Virus record (IMG/VR): IMGVR_UViG_3300013131_000021
Direction: 5' to 3' (one strand)
Source of the DNA: a virus
Length of the DNA stretch: 64,000 nt
The position numbers and the translations under genes were made by a program. Of the stretch, positions 6,853 to 16,664 are shown piece after piece. The stretch's first letter is position 1. Each line of letters begins with the position of its first letter. The notes beneath the pieces are model-generated. The model saw only the letters and a list, made by a program, of their open reading frames with translations, was not told where the DNA came from and made no database searches.

Positions 6853-9789
6853 ATGGCAGAAGTCACAGGCGATATTGGCGGTCAATCGGTAGAACTTAAC
6901 AACGCAGCTACAGAAGCAACTTTAAAACAACTGTTGCAGACTACCATAGCTATGGCCCAAAAAATGGGCGTAGATGTTAAGAAACAGGCCGATATGGAAA
7001 AAGAAATGAAAAAATTCTTTGACCAGCTCGACAAATCAAACAAAGGACTCAAAGACTCTAGAAAACTGCGAGAAGATGAAGCCAAGGCTCTGGAAAAAGC
7101 TGCCGCTGCTAAAAAACGTGAACAGGAACTGGCACAAAAAGCTGAAATGGTCACTGTGGGATTGTACAGAGGCCTAAATGTAGCTGCTGAAAGTGCTATG
7201 GCATTCGCCAACAAGCTCACAGGTGTTATGAGCAGTTTTGCCAACATGGGCAGCAGTCTCACAGGTGCAGCATCCACTTTTAACAACATACCTATAATTG
7301 GAGGAATGTTGGCCAATGTGTTTGGAGCAGTGGCGACATCGTCGGAAAAATTACAAGCCAGTTTTAAAACAGCCAGTTCTGTTGGTGCTACATTTGGAGG
7401 CAGCATTAGACAAATGGTGGCCAATGCCAGCCAGGCCGGATTGACTTTTGAACAGTTTTCTAATGTGATCAGAAACAACAGCGAAGATTTGGCTAGACTC
7501 GGAGGAACGACCACAGAAGGTGCTAAACGGTTAGCAGGTCTGTCAAAATCTCTGAAACAAACAGGATTACAAGATGATCTAGCACGACTTGGATTTACGT
7601 CTGAAGACATAGCTAACGGCATGGCTTCTGTGACTGGTAGACTTTATAGAGGCATAGGAGTAAGAGCTGGTCAGGAAGGAGAAGCTGCCAAAGTCGGTGC
7701 TAACTATCTTAAAAATTTAACAGCCATCTCAGCTATCACAGGTAAGAACAGAGAAGAGATGGAAAAAGAAGCTGCGCAGAGAATGTCAGATTCCAAGTAC
7801 CGTGCTATGTTTGCCAAGTTAGATTCAAAAAGCAGAGCTGAGATGGAACTGTTAATGGACAGTTTACCTCCTGGACTGCAAAAAGGAGTGAGAGAAATCA
7901 TCGCTACTGGCACTGCGCAAAGCGATGAAGCTCAGGCAGTGATGTACATGTATGGCGATATTGCACAATCGGCAATGGGCATGCATCAATCCATAAGAAG
8001 AACTAATCAAGTAACTCAAGAACAGAGATTGGCATTTGATGATACACTAAGAGCCACAGCTAAAGCACAAGACAAAGCACTCAAAGCAGGTACGGGAGCT
8101 ATTACCACCCAGATGACATATGTGGGGGGCGTGGCAGGCGATCTAGGTGTGGAAATGCAAAACGTTGCAGAACAGTCAGGCAACGTAAGACAATCTCAAG
8201 AAAAGCTTAACAAAGACCTCAAAGATGGTGCAGAAGCAGCCAAAGAACACAAAGACAGTCTCGATCCTGCACAGATAGTTAGAATGCAACAGGAAATAGC
8301 CAAGACATCTAACGAGTTCAATATTTTATTAGCACAATATCTTCCAAAATTACAAGAAGCATTTACAATGTTAGCTAACTTTGTAAAGGAGTATTTGGTA
8401 CCAGCATTTGATTTCTTTATGAAATATCTAAAAGAAGCAGTTATAGTAATTGGAGGTTTGATAGTTGTACTGACAGCGATTAAAAAAGTAGCAGAAGCTA
8501 TTCAAGCATATAAAACATTTAAAGAATTAGGTAAGGAAAGAGGATCTCCCGTTAATCCTATGTACACCATAGATGCCGGCAAAGGAGGAGGACCTGCAAC
8601 TCCCGAAAGTCCAGAAGATCGTAGAAAACGTAGAGAAGGACAAAGAGACAAATTAAAAAGTGCTAAAACTGCCGGTCGCCTTGTGAAAGGAGTAGCAGGA
8701 TTAGGTGCTGTCGTATCGGCAGGTATGCTATACAGCGATATCTCAGACATCAACGAACGAGAACAAGCAGGAGATATTTCAGCAGAACAGGCAAAGATGG
8801 AAAAAGGTGGTGCCGTGGGTAGCGCAGCAGGTGGTACTGGTGGAGCTGTTGGCGGAGCTATAGCCGGAGCAGCGATCGGTTCGGTGGTTCCGGTAATAGG
8901 AACAGCTATCGGAGGAGTCATCGGGGCCGCGTTAGGTGGATGGATAGGCAGCAACTTAGGGGAACAGCTAGGAACAGCAGTGGCTAAACCTACAATGACT
9001 CCAGAATGGATGAAGGTTAATGGACCTAACATCAAAGCATGGGCTGATGCTGTGGCAAAAGGTGCATATAAATTTGAACAAGTTCCTGACATTTATAAAG
9101 GACACGTAAAAGATCTCTTAGATAAAAGAGGCAGCGGCGGAGCTACTCCACCGGTTTCAGCAACAGCAGGTAGTCCTAAATTAAATGAATCAGTACCAGC
9201 AGCACCCGCTAAAAAGGAAGAAGCCAAACCTGCTAAGGATGCCAAGGCCGCTGACAAAAGCGCCGCTCCTAAAAAGGACGATAAAAAAGCCGAAGATCCT
9301 AGAATTAACTTTAATACCAATGCAGAAAGCTTATTAACATCATTTGCTGAAAAAGAAGGCACTCTAGGTGAAATTAAGACTTATAAAAAAGAAGAACTTG
9401 ACAAACTAAATCGAGAATTACAAAAATCAAATAATAAAACAGATACATCATCAAGCAGTGGTCAGATTAAATCACCAACGAATCAAAAAATCGATGACAG
9501 CAAACAAAAAATGGTAAATGAGATGCTGAAAGAAGGTGATGCTAATGCTCAAAAATTAAAAGAGGCGGAATCTGAACGCGACAAAGCAATGAGAAAAGCA
9601 TTAGAAGAGGATACACTACTACCAGGACAGATTTCGCCAAGCAGTCAAATATCTTCATTAGACCTACTTGCTGAATTAAATAGTAATATGTCCCAATTAG
9701 TGAAGATCAGCAAAGAACAAAAAGATATAAATGAACGCCAACTCAATGCTACAAGAGGGTTGACCAATGATTTGTTTGCATCAGTTTAA
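6853..9789 (+). CDS. Tape measure protein (gp29-like)
   Basis: 978 aa, helical Ala/Gln/Lys-rich, hydrophobic segment (AVIVIGGLIVVL) and glycine zipper GAAIGSVVPVIGTAIGG; adjacent to hub/chaperone genes. Confidence 0.75.
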   Translation: MAEVTGDIGGQSVELNNAATEATLKQLLQTTIAMAQKMGVDVKKQADMEKEMKKFFDQLDKSNKGLKDSRKLREDEAKALEKAAAAKKREQELAQKAEMVTVGLYRGLNVAAESAMAFANKLTGVMSSFANMGSSLTGAASTFNNIPIIGGMLANVFGAVATSSEKLQASFKTASSVGATFGGSIRQMVANASQAGLTFEQFSNVIRNNSEDLARLGGTTTEGAKRLAGLSKSLKQTGLQDDLARLGFTSEDIANGMASVTGRLYRGIGVRAGQEGEAAKVGANYLKNLTAISAITGKNREEMEKEAAQRMSDSKYRAMFAKLDSKSRAEMELLMDSLPPGLQKGVREIIATGTAQSDEAQAVMYMYGDIAQSAMGMHQSIRRTNQVTQEQRLAFDDTLRATAKAQDKALKAGTGAITTQMTYVGGVAGDLGVEMQNVAEQSGNVRQSQEKLNKDLKDGAEAAKEHKDSLDPAQIVRMQQEIAKTSNEFNILLAQYLPKLQEAFTMLANFVKEYLVPAFDFFMKYLKEAVIVIGGLIVVLTAIKKVAEAIQAYKTFKELGKERGSPVNPMYTIDAGKGGGPATPESPEDRRKRREGQRDKLKSAKTAGRLVKGVAGLGAVVSAGMLYSDISDINEREQAGDISAEQAKMEKGGAVGSAAGGTGGAVGGAIAGAAIGSVVPVIGTAIGGVIGAALGGWIGSNLGEQLGTAVAKPTMTPEWMKVNGPNIKAWADAVAKGAYKFEQVPDIYKGHVKDLLDKRGSGGATPPVSATAGSPKLNESVPAAPAKKEEAKPAKDAKAADKSAAPKKDDKKAEDPRINFNTNAESLLTSFAEKEGTLGEIKTYKKEELDKLNRELQKSNNKTDTSSSSGQIKSPTNQKIDDSKQKMVNEMLKEGDANAQKLKEAESERDKAMRKALEEDTLLPGQISPSSQISSLDLLAELNSNMSQLVKISKEQKDINERQLNATRGLTNDLFASV
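9228..9295 (+). repeat. 68-bp exact direct repeat, copy 1 (copy 2 at 60291-60358)
   Basis: ACCTGCTAAGGATGCCAAGGCCGCTGACAAAAGCGCCGCTCCTAAAAAGGACGATAAAAAAGCCGAAG read at both loci. Confidence 0.95.
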
Positions 9790-9798
9790 GGACCTAAT

Positions 9799-11505
9799 AT
9801 GAGTTGGAAGAAATACTTTACACCTGTTAAGATAGATAACTCTGGAGGAAATCTCAGCCCTATAAGTGGCCGTGGCCGCCCAGGACCAGCTCGTTCAAAT
9901 TATTCATCTTTTTTACCCGATGTATATGCAGGTGCACCAAATCGTGTTGAGCGTTATATGCAATACGATACTATGGATATGGACAGCGAAGTTAATGCTG
10001 CATTAGATATACTAGCTGAATTCTGCACACAGAAAGACAAAGAAAACGCTACTCCTTTTACTACTTTTTTCAAAGGACAACCGACTGCTACTGAAGTTAA
10101 ATTGTTAAAAGATTCTTTGCAAAAATGGTGCAAAGAACAGCAATTTGAAACTAGAATATTTAGAATATTTAGAAATTCTATGAAGTACGGCGACTGTTTC
10201 TTTGTAAGAGATCCTGAAACTAAAAAATGGTTATTTGTCGACGCTGCCAAAGTTTCAAAAATCATAGTTAACGAAAGTGAAGGTAAAATTCCGGAGCAAT
10301 ATGTTATTCGTGATATTAATTTTAATTTCAAAGAGATGATAGCAGTTACTCCGCACGGCACGACAAATACGGCACCTAGCGGAACTAGTTCATATACTTC
10401 AGGTGGCGGATTTGGAAGAGGCATGGTAGGTACAGCTGCCCAACCTCCAGGAACGAGATTTCAAAATCAGGCAAACGAAATATCCATAGATGCAAAAAAT
10501 GTTGTACACATTAGTTTAAGTGAAGGTCTAGATAACAACTATCCTTTTGGAAATTCAATTCTAGAATCCGTGTTCAAAGTCTACAAGCAGAAAGAACTGC
10601 TTGAAGATGCTATCATTATCTATCGTATACAACGTGCTCCTGAGAGACGTATTTTTTATGTAGACGTGGGAAATATGCCAGCACACATGGCTATGAGTTT
10701 TGTTGAACGTGTTAAAAACGAAATCCAACAGCGTCGTATTCCTTCATCAACAGGTGGCGGACAAAATGTCATAGACGCCAGTTATAATCCATTAAGTGTA
10801 AACGAAGATTACTTTTTCCCACAGACAGCAGAAGGTCGTGGATCTAAAGTTGAAACATTACCGGGTGGTACTAATCTAGGTGAAATTACAGATTTACGTT
10901 ATTTCACTAATAAGTTATTTCGTGCTCTACGTATACCAGCCAGCTATTTGCCTACAGCCATTGATGAGCAACCAAATACTATATCAGATGGAAAAGTTGG
11001 AACAGCTTATATTCAAGAACTGAGATTCAATGAGTATTGCAAACGATTGCAGAGCATGATTGTAGAAACATTTGATTTAGAATTTAAGTTATGGCTTACA
11101 CATCAAGGAATAAGTATAGATTCAAGTTTGTTTGAATTAAAATTTAATTCTCCCCAAAATTTCGCAGCATATAGGCAATCTGAATTAGATACAGCACGAG
11201 CAGCTACTTTCAGTCAAGTCGTGCAAATTCCACATCTAAGCAAACGTTTTGCTATGAAACGATTCCTAGGAATGTCAGAAGAAGAAATCAAAGAAAATGA
11301 AAGATTATGGAGAGAAGAAAATGGATCTAATCTCAAACCAGATGCAGATTCGCAGAGTCAATTAAGGAGCATAGGAATAACACCGGGTACCATGGCTGCT
11401 GATATGTCAGCACAAACAGCAGAAGCACCTCCGGAGATGGCAGCAGCGGCCGAACCAGGAGCAGCAGGTGCTGAAACAGCAGCAGAACAAACTCCAACTC
11501 AATAA
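9799..11505 (+). CDS. gp20: Portal protein
   Basis: LEDAIIIYRIQRAPERRIFYVDVGNMP, EDYFFP...GRGSKVETLPGG, LRIPASYL are gp20 motifs. Confidence 0.95.
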   Translation: MSWKKYFTPVKIDNSGGNLSPISGRGRPGPARSNYSSFLPDVYAGAPNRVERYMQYDTMDMDSEVNAALDILAEFCTQKDKENATPFTTFFKGQPTATEVKLLKDSLQKWCKEQQFETRIFRIFRNSMKYGDCFFVRDPETKKWLFVDAAKVSKIIVNESEGKIPEQYVIRDINFNFKEMIAVTPHGTTNTAPSGTSSYTSGGGFGRGMVGTAAQPPGTRFQNQANEISIDAKNVVHISLSEGLDNNYPFGNSILESVFKVYKQKELLEDAIIIYRIQRAPERRIFYVDVGNMPAHMAMSFVERVKNEIQQRRIPSSTGGGQNVIDASYNPLSVNEDYFFPQTAEGRGSKVETLPGGTNLGEITDLRYFTNKLFRALRIPASYLPTAIDEQPNTISDGKVGTAYIQELRFNEYCKRLQSMIVETFDLEFKLWLTHQGISIDSSLFELKFNSPQNFAAYRQSELDTARAATFSQVVQIPHLSKRFAMKRFLGMSEEEIKENERLWREENGSNLKPDADSQSQLRSIGITPGTMAADMSAQTAEAPPEMAAAAEPGAAGAETAAEQTPTQ

Positions 11506-11515
11506 TAAATAAAGT

Positions 11516-11767
11516 ATGCTTCTAAACGAATTTTTTTATTTTAACGAAAAAAATAATGATTTTGCTAACGATCGTAGATACGATTCTAGCAAAGATAGTT
11601 CTATCGTTAAAAAAACTGATACTAGAAAAATGCGTTTAACACTTGGACAGATCAATCAACTTAGATTACAAGCAGAAGCCCATCAATTAGAAACAGAATC
11701 TGAGCTGGGGTTTATAAGACAAATGTATGGAACTCCAGTTGGTGAAGAAGCAGCATCTACAGAATAA
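11516..11767 (+). CDS. Small prohead-core-like protein (83 aa)
   Basis: Between portal and protease, where T4 has gp67/gp68; N-terminus MLLNEFF; TAAATA-N4-ATG. Confidence 0.7.
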   Translation: MLLNEFFYFNEKNNDFANDRRYDSSKDSSIVKKTDTRKMRLTLGQINQLRLQAEAHQLETESELGFIRQMYGTPVGEEAASTE

Positions 11768-12383
11768 TCCGGGCTTTGTATTAGGCAACGGAATCAGTCG
11801 ACTTAAAGTCGATCCGCAATCTCTACTAACCAAAGGTATTGTATATGGTTGCAATGCTCAATATAGAGAATATAATCCTCATTATCTCGTAGCAGTTGAC
11901 GTAAAAATGGTCAACGAAATAATAGAATCGGGCTATCATAAAAAACATCAAGTTTGGACTAACCCTAACAAAGGAATTAAAACCAAAAACGGTATTAATT
12001 TCTTTAGTCCGCACAAAGGTTGGAGCTCCGGACCTACGGCTTTATGGTATGCTGCCACACAAGGACACGGTAGTATATACATTTTTGGGTTTGATTATCA
12101 GGGATTAAACGGTAAATTTAACAATGTCTATGCAGACACATTTAACTATAAAAAGTCTACAGATTCAGCTACATACTATGGAAATTGGCTCAGCCAAACT
12201 GAAAAAGTAATCAGAGAATATAGGCACATAAGATTCTTTAGAATAGTAGAACCAGGATCATTTATACCCGATAAATTAGGTCCAAATCTAACCAACCTCA
12301 GTCATATAAACTTTGATGAATTTGAAAACATTTATCAAGGAACTATATATTCAAATCAAAACGATCAAAAAACTACCATTTAA
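11727..12383 (+). CDS. Putative glycosyltransferase, CstII/GT42- or Maf/DUF115-like
   Basis: Motif order VLGNGIS...VYGCNAQY...LVAVD...SSGPTA...IYIFGFDY parallels GNGPS/RCNQFY/TSG/IYLSGIDFY of Campylobacter CstII. Start may be GTG 11742. Confidence 0.6.
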   Translation: MELQLVKKQHLQNNPGFVLGNGISRLKVDPQSLLTKGIVYGCNAQYREYNPHYLVAVDVKMVNEIIESGYHKKHQVWTNPNKGIKTKNGINFFSPHKGWSSGPTALWYAATQGHGSIYIFGFDYQGLNGKFNNVYADTFNYKKSTDSATYYGNWLSQTEKVIREYRHIRFFRIVEPGSFIPDKLGPNLTNLSHINFDEFENIYQGTIYSNQNDQKTTI

Positions 12384-12405
12384 AGTGTTTTTTAAATCTG
12401 CGTAT

Positions 12406-12411
12406 TAAATA
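12406..12411 (+). promoter_or_regulatory. Late promoter (TAAATA) for the core-protease-scaffold-capsid operon
   Basis: TATTAAATA upstream of AAGGAG SD and ATG 12445. Confidence 0.6.
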
Positions 12412-12444
12412 AAGCACAGCCTTGACAATTAAGGAGAATCTAAC

Positions 12445-13299
12445 ATGGCAGACAACAAATTATTGCAACAGATGCTTGAGCATCTGGTGAACGATGATCA
12501 GCAAAAAGCTGAAGAACTATTCCACGAGTATGTAGTAGCGAAATCTCGTGAAATCTACGAAAGCTTAATCGATTCTGAAATCGCAGAAGAAGCAGAAGAG
12601 GACGATGAAGACGAAGATGAAGAAATGGATGAAGCTGCTAAATCTGAAAAAGAAGAAGATGAAGAAGATCTAGACGAAGAATTTGAAGATATCGCTATCG
12701 AAGCAGACGACGAAGAAATGGGCGGTATGGGCGGAGACGCAACAGATGACCTAGAAGGTGATTTAGAAATGGGCGGCGAAGAAGGCGAAAAAAGCGAAGA
12801 AGAGCTTTTCATGGATTTAGAGTCTATCGTTGACGAACTACAGGCCAAATTCGACGAGCTTAAGGGCGATGACATGAGCGACATGGGCGATGATGACATG
12901 GGCGGCATGGACGACAAAATGAAAGACGATTTCGATCTAGAAACAGTCCGTGAGTATGTAGAAAAAGTTCCAGCCGGACATGGCGCAGAAAAGAAGGGCG
13001 CAGGCGAAAAAGCTGACAGCACAAAATCCGTTATTGATAACATGAAGAACGATATGGGCGGTACCACTGCAAATATTTTAAGTGGACGCGATGGTGCTTC
13101 TGGTTCTGAAACAGGCGCTTTGAAAGGCAACGGCCTTTTAAAAGGCAAAGCACAAGAAGACAATGCTGGTAATATCAATGTTCCAGGCGGTAAAGCAGGC
13201 GGTGCTTTCTCTACCAAAGAGCCAGGACATGGCGCTGAAAAGAAAGGCGCAGCTGAACAAGCTGATAACAAGCAAAGCCTTTTCCGTGGTCGTAGATAA
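12445..13299 (+). CDS. Acidic prohead core protein (gp67/gp68 position)
   Basis: Very Asp/Glu-rich, internal repeat GHGAEKKGA twice, immediately upstream of gp21; strong SD. Confidence 0.75.
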   Translation: MADNKLLQQMLEHLVNDDQQKAEELFHEYVVAKSREIYESLIDSEIAEEAEEDDEDEDEEMDEAAKSEKEEDEEDLDEEFEDIAIEADDEEMGGMGGDATDDLEGDLEMGGEEGEKSEEELFMDLESIVDELQAKFDELKGDDMSDMGDDDMGGMDDKMKDDFDLETVREYVEKVPAGHGAEKKGAGEKADSTKSVIDNMKNDMGGTTANILSGRDGASGSETGALKGNGLLKGKAQEDNAGNINVPGGKAGGAFSTKEPGHGAEKKGAAEQADNKQSLFRGRR

Positions 13300-13311
13300 T
13301 AGGACGTATAG

Positions 13312-13941
13312 GTGAAAACTACTCTATCAGAACATTTGAGTTTTGATCAGGCTAAGATTGTCTTAGAGCGAGATGAGAGCAGCGACGGCAAAAAGTCGCT
13401 GCACTTAAACGGGATTTGCATTCAGGGCGATATCCGCAATGCAAATCAACGTGTTTATTCTTCTCAAGAAATTGGCAGGGCTGTCAAGACGCTCAATGAA
13501 CAGATCGCTGGTGGATACTCCGTTCTTGGAGAAGTTGATCATCCTCAGGATTTAAAAATCAATCTAGATCGTGTTAGTCATATGATTACCAAGATGTGGA
13601 TGGACGGTCCTAACGGCTACGGAAAACTTAAAGTACTCCCCACTCCAATGGGTCAATTAGTTTCGACTATGTTGGAGTCGGGAGTTAAGTTGGGAGTAAG
13701 TAGTAGAGGCTCAGGCGAAGTAGATGGTAGTGGTAATGTTCAAGGATTTGAAATTATCACAGTTGACGTAGTAGCACAACCTTCCGCTCCGGGAGCATAC
13801 CCAACACCAGTTTATGAACACTTGATGAACAACACAGGTGGCTATCAGGCATATAAAATAGCACAAGAAGTTCAAGGCGATCCACAGGCACAGAAATACC
13901 TAGCAGAGAGTCTGAAGAAAATTATTTCTAGACTCAGATAA
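13312..13941 (+). CDS. gp21: Prohead protease
   Basis: NANQRVY, GEVDHP (His), GVSSRGSG (Ser), DVVAQPS (Asp). Confidence 0.95.
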   Translation: MKTTLSEHLSFDQAKIVLERDESSDGKKSLHLNGICIQGDIRNANQRVYSSQEIGRAVKTLNEQIAGGYSVLGEVDHPQDLKINLDRVSHMITKMWMDGPNGYGKLKVLPTPMGQLVSTMLESGVKLGVSSRGSGEVDGSGNVQGFEIITVDVVAQPSAPGAYPTPVYEHLMNNTGGYQAYKIAQEVQGDPQAQKYLAESLKKIISRLR

Positions 13942-13954
13942 CAAGGAGAATCAC

Positions 13955-15046
13955 ATGTTAGATATCGTAAAACAGTTGTTTGAAAACAATGTGATTTCCG
14001 AAGAGATCAAATCGGAAATTGAATCCGCTTGGCAAAGCAGAATTCAAGAAAACCGTGATCAAGTCACTGCTGAACTACGTGAAGAATTTGCACAGAAATA
14101 CGAACATGACAAGAGCGCAATGGTAGAAGCTGTTGAAGCTATGTTATCAGATCGTCTACAAGCAGAACTAGGAGAGTTAGCTGAAGATCGTCAAGGTCTT
14201 ATCGAAGCTCGTGCCAAGTACGCAAAGAAAATGAAAGATGATGCAACCGCTATGGAAGCATTTGTCCTAAATAATCTTAAAAAAGAACTAGCAGAACTAC
14301 ACGAAGATCGTAAAGCAGTAGCAGATAATGTTGCTAAATTTGAATCTTTCATCGTGGATGCACTAGCGAAAGAAATCGCAGAATTCCACACAGACAAAAA
14401 AGACCTAGCAGAAACTAAGGTTCGCCTAGTTCGCGAGAGCAAGGCTAAGTTTGAAGCTGTAAAGAAAGAATTTATTGAGCGTTCGTCTAAGATCGTACAA
14501 GAAACAGTCTCTAAAGGACTGCGTTCTGAAATGACTAAGCTACGCGAAGACATTGAAGCAGCCCGTAAAAATGACTTTGGTCGCAGAATTTTTGAATCTT
14601 TTGCAAGCGAATACGCTGCAAGTCATCTTAATGAAAAATCTGAAACAGCAAAACTATTGAAAGTAGTTGCTGTAAAAGAATCTGAATTAGAAGAGGCAGC
14701 AAAAATTGTTGCAGAAACACAAAAACTAGTAGAAAGTAAAGAAACAGAATTACGTGTCGCCAAAGATATGAGTGTTCGCAAAGAAGTTATGAGCGAATTG
14801 CTTGGACCATTAACTGGAGATAAGCGTTCTGTAATGAACGAATTACTAGAATCTGTTCAAACTGAAAAGCTACGTACAGCTTTCGACAAATACCTACCAG
14901 CAGTAATGAATGGTGGAACACCGGCGAAGAAAGTACTATCAGAAGGCAAAGAAATTACAGGCGATAAGCAGGCACCTACAATCGGCGGAGAGGAAAAAAC
15001 CGCTGAAATTTTTGACATCCGCAGGCTTGCGGGACTAAAAGTTTAA
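13955..15046 (+). CDS. gp22: Prohead scaffold/core protein
   Basis: Coiled-coil, Glu/Lys-rich, lies between gp21 and the major capsid gene. Confidence 0.85.
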   Translation: MLDIVKQLFENNVISEEIKSEIESAWQSRIQENRDQVTAELREEFAQKYEHDKSAMVEAVEAMLSDRLQAELGELAEDRQGLIEARAKYAKKMKDDATAMEAFVLNNLKKELAELHEDRKAVADNVAKFESFIVDALAKEIAEFHTDKKDLAETKVRLVRESKAKFEAVKKEFIERSSKIVQETVSKGLRSEMTKLREDIEAARKNDFGRRIFESFASEYAASHLNEKSETAKLLKVVAVKESELEEAAKIVAETQKLVESKETELRVAKDMSVRKEVMSELLGPLTGDKRSVMNELLESVQTEKLRTAFDKYLPAVMNGGTPAKKVLSEGKEITGDKQAPTIGGEEKTAEIFDIRRLAGLKV

Positions 15047-15057
15047 GGAGAACTATA

Positions 15058-16227
15058 ATGTCACAACTACTCGAGTCACGCTGGTCGGAAACCAAAGAGG
15101 CACTATTAGAAGGCCTACAAGGTAACAAGCGTCAAGTTATGGCAACAACTCTAGAGAATACTCGCAAGTATTTGGCAGAGTCTGCCACTGCTGGTGCTAC
15201 ATCCGCCGGTAATGTTGCAACACTAAATCGTGTGATCCTACCAGTGATCAGACGTGTAATGCCAACCGTTATTGCTAACGAGTTGGTAGGCGTACAGCCA
15301 TTAACTGGACCAGTCGGTCAAATCCATACCCTACGTGTTCGCTATGCAGATACATTTGCTGGCACCGTTGGCGGAGCTACCGTAGCTGGTGAAGAGGCAT
15401 TAAGCCCATTCAAGATTGCAGAAGGCTATTCTGGTACAACAGTTGGTAAACCTGCTGCTACAGCGGCACTAGAAGGTGTTGCTGGAAATAGACTAAGCAT
15501 TCAAATCTTGAAGCAAACTGTAGAAGCTAAGACCAGAAAGCTATCAGCTCGCTGGACATTTGAAGCTGCTCAGGATGCACAAGCACAACAAGGTATCGAT
15601 ATTGAAGCTGAAATCATGGCTGCTTTAGCACAAGAAATCACTGCTGAAATCGATCAAGAAGTTCTACGTAGCCTAGCTACATTGAGCTCGACAGTTTTAA
15701 CATACGATCAAGCTGCTGTATCTGGTACAGCAACATTTGTTGGTGATGAGCATGCAGCTTTAGCTGTTCAAATCAACCGTGCTGCTAACTTGATTGCTCA
15801 GCGTACACGTCGTGGTGCTGGTAATTGGGCCGTTGTATCCCCAACTACACTAACATTGCTACAAAGCGCAACAACTTCTGCATTCGCAAGAACCACAGAA
15901 GGTACGTTTGAAGCACCTACAAACACCAAGTTTGTTGGTACATTGAACAGCGCAATGAAAGTATATGTTAACACATATGCTGAAAACGACAACGTTTTAG
16001 TTGGATACAAAGGATCCAGCGAAAGCGATGCAGCAGCATTCTACTGCCCATACATTCCATTGATGAGCAGCGGTGTTGTTCTAGATCCATCAACCTTCGA
16101 ACCAGTCGTATCATTCATGACACGTTATGGTTATGTTGAGTTGACAAATACAGCTTCGTCTCTAGGTAATGCAGCTGACTACCTAGCAACTGTTGCTGTA
16201 ACATCTGCAAATCTACGTTTTGCTTAA
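15058..16227 (+). CDS. gp23: Major capsid protein (389 aa)
   Basis: LVGVQPLTGPVG, EAKTRKLSARWTFEAAQD, EITAEIDQE, FYCPYIPL, FMTRYG are gp23 motifs. Confidence 0.97.
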   Translation: MSQLLESRWSETKEALLEGLQGNKRQVMATTLENTRKYLAESATAGATSAGNVATLNRVILPVIRRVMPTVIANELVGVQPLTGPVGQIHTLRVRYADTFAGTVGGATVAGEEALSPFKIAEGYSGTTVGKPAATAALEGVAGNRLSIQILKQTVEAKTRKLSARWTFEAAQDAQAQQGIDIEAEIMAALAQEITAEIDQEVLRSLATLSSTVLTYDQAAVSGTATFVGDEHAALAVQINRAANLIAQRTRRGAGNWAVVSPTTLTLLQSATTSAFARTTEGTFEAPTNTKFVGTLNSAMKVYVNTYAENDNVLVGYKGSSESDAAAFYCPYIPLMSSGVVLDPSTFEPVVSFMTRYGYVELTNTASSLGNAADYLATVAVTSANLRFA

Positions 16228-16251
16228 TTCGTAAGAATAGTAAACGTTTGC

Positions 16252-16275
16252 AAAAAGCCCCGAAAGGGGCTTTTT
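16252..16275 (+). terminator. Rho-independent terminator after gp23
   Basis: AAAAAGCCCC-GAAA-GGGGCTTTTT. Confidence 0.9.
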
Positions 16276-16294
16276 GTTTGGTGTAAATATCAGC

Positions 16295-16564
16295 ATGCAT
16301 ATCGAAAGCGAAAAAGATTTTCCAGAATTACGCAGACAATTTTTTGTTTGGCGAAAAAGATTTCCTATGTTTATTCATGACGTTCATCAAATAGAACACA
16401 TCATAGAAGAACATATTCAAAAATATAGTATAGCACTAGTTCATTATAGACAAAGGCACAGCACATCATATCTAGAAATCGCACAGAAAGAAATAGATGA
16501 AATAAACAGAGTATTATCTACTGTTGGTAAATTGGAACTTATGGCTCTACTGTCCGAAAGATAA
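16295..16564 (+). CDS. Hypothetical protein (89 aa)
   Basis: TAAATA 16284-16289 followed 5 nt later by ATG 16295 (start reassigned from the ORF track). Confidence 0.65.
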   Translation: MHIESEKDFPELRRQFFVWRKRFPMFIHDVHQIEHIIEEHIQKYSIALVHYRQRHSTSYLEIAQKEIDEINRVLSTVGKLELMALLSER

Positions 16565-16660
16565 ATACATTGTCTATATATGGACCGCATATTGCGGACT
16601 TATGCTGTACCCACAGCGTAGCGGCTAGAACCCGCATTAGACTTCTAATTAAAGGAGAAA
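16562..16660 (+). promoter_or_regulatory. Late promoter followed by a four-hairpin 5' leader
   Basis: TAAATA 16562-16567; stems at 16585-16597, 16601-16620, 16621-16635, 16636-16649; AAGGAG SD. Confidence 0.6.
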
Positions 16661-16664
16661 ACAA

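Noticed and set aside
6789-6866. 26-aa N-terminal extension of gp26
   Set aside because: It spans the divergent promoter region and overlaps the tape measure start; ATG 6788 has the SD.
12420-12436. CCTT/AAGG hairpin covering the SD of the core-protein gene
   Set aside because: Only 4 bp; too weak to support a regulatory claim.
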